This document shows positions 49,343-55,376 of a stretch of DNA of 55,376 nt, piece by piece. The stretch comes from Asterionella formosa. Taxonomy: Eukaryota. Where the stretch lies: contig NKIB01013590.1 in the NCBI GenBank assembly GCA_002256025.1, positions 1 to 55,376 of the forward strand, written 5' to 3'. The translations under genes and the position numbers were made by a program. Each line of letters begins with the position of its first letter. The first letter of the stretch is position 1. Under the pieces are notes generated by a model. It worked only from the letters and a program-made list of their open reading frames with translations, had not been told where the DNA came from and did no database searches.

Positions 49343-52300
49343 ATGATCGGCAGTATGCAAAGTCCATGGCAAGCTGACCTTTCCCTTCAGACCGGAGACG
49401 AGGATTACTTGGTTGAAACAAATGACCGCGGTTGGATGGGAAATATGATTGAGCGATCCACTTCTGCACCGCCAATCTCTACCGCGACAAAATTGAATTT
49501 CATGAATGTATTAGGCAGCGAACCCGCTGGTGCGAATGTACGTACCGGTGTTCGATTTGCATTGTGTTTATTTTCTTCGTTTTCCTTGCAGATTCCTTAC
49601 TAGCTTCGCTCAGTTTTTGTTCGCGGGCTCTCAAGCGCATTACATGGGAGAGGAATCCAGTTTGTTTAGGCAGAGTAGCCGCGATTCTGCGCCGCCAGAC
49701 CAGGTACATGTCCCGAGTTCTTCCTTCCTTGCTGGCTTGCGCGATAATACAGGGAGAGCAGCTGCGCCTCATACGGGGTATGGGGATACAGACGCATTGT
49801 TGAACAGCGGACTTTGCGAGAATGCTGGGTTGTATCGGTCTGGAAGTGTTGGCGCAGAGTATTCGGGTTTGGGGTATGACGAAAATCGTCGGATTGATGA
49901 GAACATTGTGCGCTCTCGGTCAGCGGCGCCATCTCTTCTCAGTCGGAACTCTCTTGGACCTCCACCTGGACTCGGAATGAACGGCAATAACGAAGATATC
50001 TCTCCCTCACTTTTCGGAAGTACACCAACTCGAAGCCATATCATGGAGATTGGTCAGCGACGTTCCGCGTCGACTGGAGTACTCGGTGACCCAGAGCATT
50101 ATTCCTCCCTTTCGTCGTTTGGTATTGAGTCGAGTGCTGAACGTTGTACTGTTCGCCCAGCTCCCAAAACTCTAATGGACCTGATTCAAGAAGACATTCC
50201 CCATGATTACCCACATTCGCGACCACAAACGGCTGCACCATACTTGGAACGCGAGGCTGCGAGCTACGGTTACTCACATCGACCGAGAAGTATATCACCG
50301 CCCCAATCACACATAGTGGACTCACAGCGGGGCTATCAAGCTCAGCGACGTGAAGTTGACCCATACCACCAGCACGAGAATATTGAAAGTCTAAATTATC
50401 AAATGGACCAATTGCAAGTTGGACCCGGACAGTACAGGCAGATCCATGGCCAAGGGCAACCGCCGCAATATCAGGTATGAAGCAAATGCATCATTGAAGG
50501 TTTGCTTATTTCGTTCAGCTATTCACTTTCTGTTCTCCCCACAGCACCGCGAAACAGCTCGAGAACAGCAATACACATCCTTTCCTGTTCCCGCGCATTC
50601 TCATCGTGGTGGACATCGAGCACAAGGCATGAATCCTCAAATGCGCCAGCTGCAAGAAAAACAGCAAGTACCAATCTATGCACCTGCCCGTGGTCACGGT
50701 GCCCAATTACACCGTCACCAACAGCACTCACCTCCACCTTACGATGGTCAGCCTCAAGTCTACTACACCAGTGGACAACACGGTGTTCAAGCTCAGCAGA
50801 TGACGCACCAACAGCCACAGCTTCAATTTCTTCCTTCTGGTCAGGCAGTCTATGTCCATGCACCACCCCAATATACTTATAACAATGTTCAATACCACCA
50901 GCAGGCCCAGCAAAGTCAACTTGTTCATCATTCACATCAACAGGTAAATTCTGATCCACACCAACAGTATATTTCTATTATGCCGGTCGCTCCCGGTGGA
51001 GGACAGGTTGCTTATTGGCAGCATCAAGAATTACAAGTTGCTGGGATGGCACCCGCAGCTGTGATTATGCATCCTCGTGATGGCGGACAGCAACAATTGT
51101 CGATGGTTCATTCGCCTCAACATGGACGATCGAAAGGCAACGGGCATGTAGGAATGCGTAGCCCAGCAAATGCCACTGGAAAGGCTCGAGGTGGTCGCGG
51201 TTCTGGACGAGGACGAGGCGATGCGCATGTTAAGAATGTCGTGGGAACACCTCTCGCTAGCCCGCTCCTAGAGGAGTTTCGAGCAACAAAAAATCGCGAT
51301 TGGACGATGCTAGATATCGTGGGGCATATTGTTGAATTTTGTCAAGATCAGAACGGTTCTCGTTTCATTCAGCAACGCCTTGAGGTTGGGAACCCGGACG
51401 AGCAGCAGGTTGTAATGAAAGAAGTGTTGCCTGCTGTGCGACAGCTCCGCAACGATGTTTTCGGCAATTATGTGGTACAAAAGCTCCTAGAATTTGGAAC
51501 GCCGGAAATGAAGGCATGTTTGCGAGACAGCTTGCAAGGTGAAATGCTTCCACTTTCTCTTCAGATGTATGGGTAAGTGAAAGTAAAACAGTTCTGTTCA
51601 GCATAGTCATTCTGTCCCAAATCTGACACATCACCATTTGCAGCTGCCGCGTGGTTCAGAAGGCATTAGAGACATTGAGCGAGGATGATTTGCCACGTCT
51701 ACTAATGGAGTTCCATCATAGTGTCTTGAACTGCATTCATGATCAGAATGGGAACCACGTGATACAGAAGTGTATCGAAGTTTTGAGTACGAAAGCTAAG
51801 CAAGCAATGGCTGCCAAGGATTGGGCTCGTGCTGATTTTTTCTGCCAAGAAATTAATTTTGTTCTTGATGATGTGCTCAATAATGTCGTCTCCCTTTCCT
51901 GTCATCCGTATGGATGTCGTGTCTTGCAGCGTATCCTTGAGCATTGCATCGACGATAATAAGAATAGGGCGCTTGATGAGATTGCGAAGTGGCATAAGGT
52001 GCTCCTAGATGACCAATACGGGAATTATGTTATTCAGCATGTACTCCAATACGGGCGAAACTCTGACCGGCAATCAATCTTAGGTATCGTTGTTCAGAAC
52101 GGACTGCTGACACTGTCGAAGCAAAAGTTCGCCAGCAATGTTGTTGAGAAGCTTTTAAAGTATGGAACCCCTAGCCAGAGAAATGCCCTTGTTAGAGAAA
52201 TGCTGAAGGTAAGCATGTGTAATATGGTTTCCCCTGGTATCGTCCTGCGTAGAGATTCTAACGCGAGTTTGTGAAATTAAGCGCGTCGATGATGCTAGTG

Positions 52301-52555
52301 GATCTGGAGATTCTAGTGTTGTGCTCCTCATGGTTCGCGATGCTTACGCCAACTACGTTGTCCAGACAACCTTGGATGTTGTTTCCGAAGGAGAAGAGAA
52401 GACTTTGCTATTGGAAGAATTAAATGCTCACTCTACGCAATTGGTATGTACATACCGGTATCATTCTTCATTTGTGGACAATCAAAAATTGACTAACATT
52501 TTTACAGCGCAATTACACCTTCGCCAAACATATTGTAACAAAGTTGAGTTCCTAA
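49343..52555 (+). CDS. PUM: Pumilio/PUF RNA-binding protein; introns ~49538-49613 (uncertain), 50475-50544, 51573-51643, 52209-52281, 52444-52507
   Basis: Eight Puf repeats (DQNGSRFIQ, FGNYVVQ, YGCRVVQ, NGNHVIQ, YGCRVLQ, YGNYVIQ, FASNVVE, YANYVVQ) ending YTFAKHIV; Q/H-rich low-complexity N-terminus. Confidence 0.92.
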
Positions 52556-52883
52556 ATCGTCACAAAAAATGTAATGAGATCCCGGGCAGATACTGATCAT
52601 GCTATGCTGACGAGCCTGGAGGGATGTGAAGGTCTGTTAAAAATTGTATATTTCTGAACAGATAAAATGTGGGGGAACTATTTTATATGTACATGCATCG
52701 TATGCTTGAGAAGAGCGCATATATGAAGATAAAAAGTGAAGATTATGACTATAGCTCGTGAGAATGTGAATAAGCAAACAAACGTTAATACTAATGGTAT
52801 GGATATTGCTAGTATATACCAGTAGAATCTGAATCAACGCTGTATCAGTATGCGCGTTATTAAGTGAGTGGGCAACTTGGACG

Positions 52884-53825
52884 TTACAACTCTTTCTCTG
52901 CAATCTTTTTCTTGCCCTTTGTCCTTGTACGCTTTTTCTTGGTCAAGTCAGTGACAGCACCATCAGTCTGTCCATTCACGACAGGCGATACTTCATGTTC
53001 GATCTTTTCAATTCTGGGTGTTGAACCCTGAAAGGGGGCGAGGACATATCCCATAAGATAATAAAGGGAATTGAAAGGGCTGAAAGCTGGTCCCAAAAAT
53101 TGTTGGATTTGTAGAATGCCAACGATTTGCATGAATGCACTAATAAATACGACACCAAACGTGGCATCATCCATTCCCACTTGAATGGATGGTACCGAAT
53201 GCACGGCATTTCTAAGCGCAATTCCAACCGCGCCCTTCTGGTCAAAGACAAAGAAATGGTACAAGGTAGCACAGAACAAGCCATTTTGAAACGGCCAAGG
53301 CATGCCCTTTTCAAGATGTCCGTGAAATCCTTTGAGGAAGAAAGGACCCATGTTACCTAGAAGAGTCGCAAACACAATGGGCCCGAAGATTGGTGTAGGG
53401 TAGTATGCGGAAGGTGCGTCTTTGAACGCTTCATTTGCGATAGCAACGAACTTGACCACCCCCATCGTTCGGAATAGGGTTGAAAATATGGCCGTAACGA
53501 GAGAAATAGGGATGGTGTTACCAAGCTTGTAGCCTAGATCAAAGGGCAAGTAGTTGGCGAGAAAGAATGCGATGATACAAGCGGCCAGACTCAAATCATT
53601 GGAAAAGATAGAGGTTGGCCTTCCCATCCACAACGGTGCGAAAAGCGACCCCCCATAGCCAGAAATCACACTCACGCAGAAAGCGTGGAACCAGTGCATC
53701 TTTCGGTCATTGTTTGGTCCATTCCGCACCGCCATGGCACCTTGATAGGCCATCCAGAAGCACTGACACTCATCTGAACCAGGAAACTTTCCCGTCAGGA
53801 GTTGCAGGACAAAGTTTAGGGCCAT
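52884..53825 (-). CDS. Multi-pass membrane protein, probably TRIC/TMEM38-like cation channel
   Basis: About seven hydrophobic segments; SVISGYGGSLFAPLWMGRP..SND and ATLLGNMG glycine motifs; basic C-tail. Confidence 0.6.
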   Translation of the reverse strand: MALNFVLQLLTGKFPGSDECQCFWMAYQGAMAVRNGPNNDRKMHWFHAFCVSVISGYGGSLFAPLWMGRPTSIFSNDLSLAACIIAFFLANYLPFDLGYKLGNTIPISLVTAIFSTLFRTMGVVKFVAIANEAFKDAPSAYYPTPIFGPIVFATLLGNMGPFFLKGFHGHLEKGMPWPFQNGLFCATLYHFFVFDQKGAVGIALRNAVHSVPSIQVGMDDATFGVVFISAFMQIVGILQIQQFLGPAFSPFNSLYYLMGYVLAPFQGSTPRIEKIEHEVSPVVNGQTDGAVTDLTKKKRTRTKGKKKIAEKEL

Positions 53826-54209
53826 GTTTGTATTCTAGTAACCTCTACCTTGTAATGTGTATATCGATGTCAGGGACTACCAGTGCGCGACACAATTTTG
53901 GTTCTGGGAAAAGCTGGATACCGACAGGTCAAAAGCGAAACCAGAGATCATCGATGGAACTTTAGCTGGGATGTGGGTATGATGTCAAGTAGTTCAGCTT
54001 GATCGGCAGTTGTCCCCAACCACGCACATAATAAAATCACATTCAAATTTTTTATCGAGCGAGGGACAAGTACCTGGTACCTGGTACCAGTACCCTGGTA
54101 CTGATGCACACCATGCATGTGACTGTGCTGAACAATCAATCAGAGGAGTTCCAGGTATACCGGTACCGGTAGTAGGTAATACAATTGACCTTGTAAGATC
54201 GTAAGAAGG

Positions 54210-54262
54210 GGAAGGTCCGAGTATGTTTTGTACTTAGCAATATCTCGATTACCGGACCTTCC
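54210..54262. mobile_element. MITE family 2, short copy
   Basis: Perfect 10-bp TIR GGAAGGTCCG / CGGACCTTCC. Confidence 0.55.
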
Positions 54263-54595
54263 TGGATTTAGTTGTATACCTGGTACCTGGTGTGTGCATA
54301 CCGGTACCAGGTACCCAATTACCGGTATATGTGGTGGCAATGGTGGTTTGGTACCTTGTACCAGGTACAAACTAGCAGCTAGACCAGATACCGTTACACG
54401 GTAACCGAATAGAAAATAGGTCCGGTAGGGCATCATCGCGCTGCAGCAACCACGAACAATGACAAAACTGATGAACACATATACCGGTATGCACACAAAA
54501 ATGTATGAATATAGGTAAATTCATTGGTGTAACACCACAAGCTACAAAAGGGCGAGCGACTTCTGGTATATTACCCGGTACGACTTATGTACGAG

Positions 54596-54676
54596 GAAGG
54601 TCCCCAAATCGAAATGATTACCGGTAGCTAGCTTATAGTCTTTGTCGAAGAAAAAACCGTGTTTTACCGGACCTTC
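54596..54676. mobile_element. MITE family 2 copy
   Basis: GAAGGTCC / GGACCTTC; the 3' part GAAGAAAAAACCGTGTTTTACCGGACCTTC matches the 3' part of the 42101-42172 copy. Confidence 0.6.
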
Positions 54677-54830
54677 GACAGGGTACCTGGTACCAGGTAC
54701 TTACTATGACTCGTCTACAATGATTCCTAAGGGTCGTTCTTATCATTCCGAATTTGCTGTATCATTTCCGGGTTGCGGGCAAAAAGTGACGGTTGGTATC
54801 AAAACACGGTATCAGCAATGGTAACTTGAT

Positions 54831-54867
54831 GGTATCAATTTTGTATCATTGATACAAAATTGATACC
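54831..54867. repeat. Perfect 37-bp palindrome (18-bp arms, 1-nt centre)
   Basis: GGTATCAATTTTGTATCA-T-TGATACAAAATTGATACC. Confidence 0.95.
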
Positions 54868-55178
54868 TTTTTTTGCCCCCTCCAAAAACGGTATCAGTGA
54901 TACTGACATTTTCACGCGGGTATCATTTCCGTTGTCACTAATAAAATAACCGAAAATAAGCCTGCAAGGCAAGGCACCAGTGATAATATAAATGGCATAT
55001 ACTATTCCTTCAATTTTATGCTGGCTGCGTACATCGTCCAAGCAACACCATTGATACAATTATACAGCACCAGACAGAAAGTTATACTTGGCGATCTTAT
55101 AACTCCCAAGTGTTTTTGTGTATTTGTTACTACAGATCAGTCATTTGAATCTCCCTGAAGATACTACAAGCAAGGCAA

Positions 55179-55376
55179 ATGGAACCGCATAGTATGGAAC
55201 CAGTCACACAAACGCAAACAGCAACTGTTGATGTGGAGACCACTGTATGTCAAGATCGACCCACCACCTTCAACAATACAATGCAGTCTCTTGCTACAGA
55301 TACTGAAGTCGATCGATTTGTTGACTCCCTCATACTTCCTGATGACTTTGTGCTTGATAGTGAAAGGACAAAGGTG
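55179..55376 (+). CDS. 5' part of an ORF running off the window (MEPHSMEPVTQ...); product unknown
   Basis: 66 open codons from ATG to window end; not in the ORF track because no stop is reached. Confidence 0.4.
   Translation, partial: MEPHSMEPVTQTQTATVDVETTVCQDRPTTFNNTMQSLATDTEVDRFVDSLILPDDFVLDSERTKV

Noticed and set aside
1..55376. tRNA or rRNA genes
   Set aside because: No cloverleaf with A/B boxes or rRNA signature was recognised by eye; a tRNAscan-SE or Infernal run would be needed to exclude them

Overview
Eukaryotic nuclear DNA, most likely from a diatom. This is inferred from short GT-AG introns, CoDi-type Copia remnants and a possible ASAFAP-like plastid leader. The window holds about 13 host genes: a putative glycosyltransferase, a protein kinase, a hypothetical protein, Simiate/ABITRAM, Sua5, mitochondrial EF-G, an RluA-type pseudouridine synthase, two tail-to-tail FYVE/RING paralogues, MOCS3/UBA4, TRMO, Pumilio and a TRIC-like membrane protein. 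Between them lie decayed transposons: Plavaka/CMC-like, PIF/Harbinger, a Copia that is internally inverted and interrupted by a 4.7-kb TIR element, and two non-LTR 3' fragments. The most striking unexplained pattern is a set of iterated palindrome arrays (GGTACC, ACCGGT, GTACCWGGTAC). They occur in the 5' or divergent intergenic region of almost every gene and are absent from convergent 3' gaps. Two tiny MITE families sit in these arrays, and the best-preserved copy of each carries a CWG target-site duplication at the centre of the GTACCWGGTAC motif. All calls come from reading the sequence by eye; no database searches were run.
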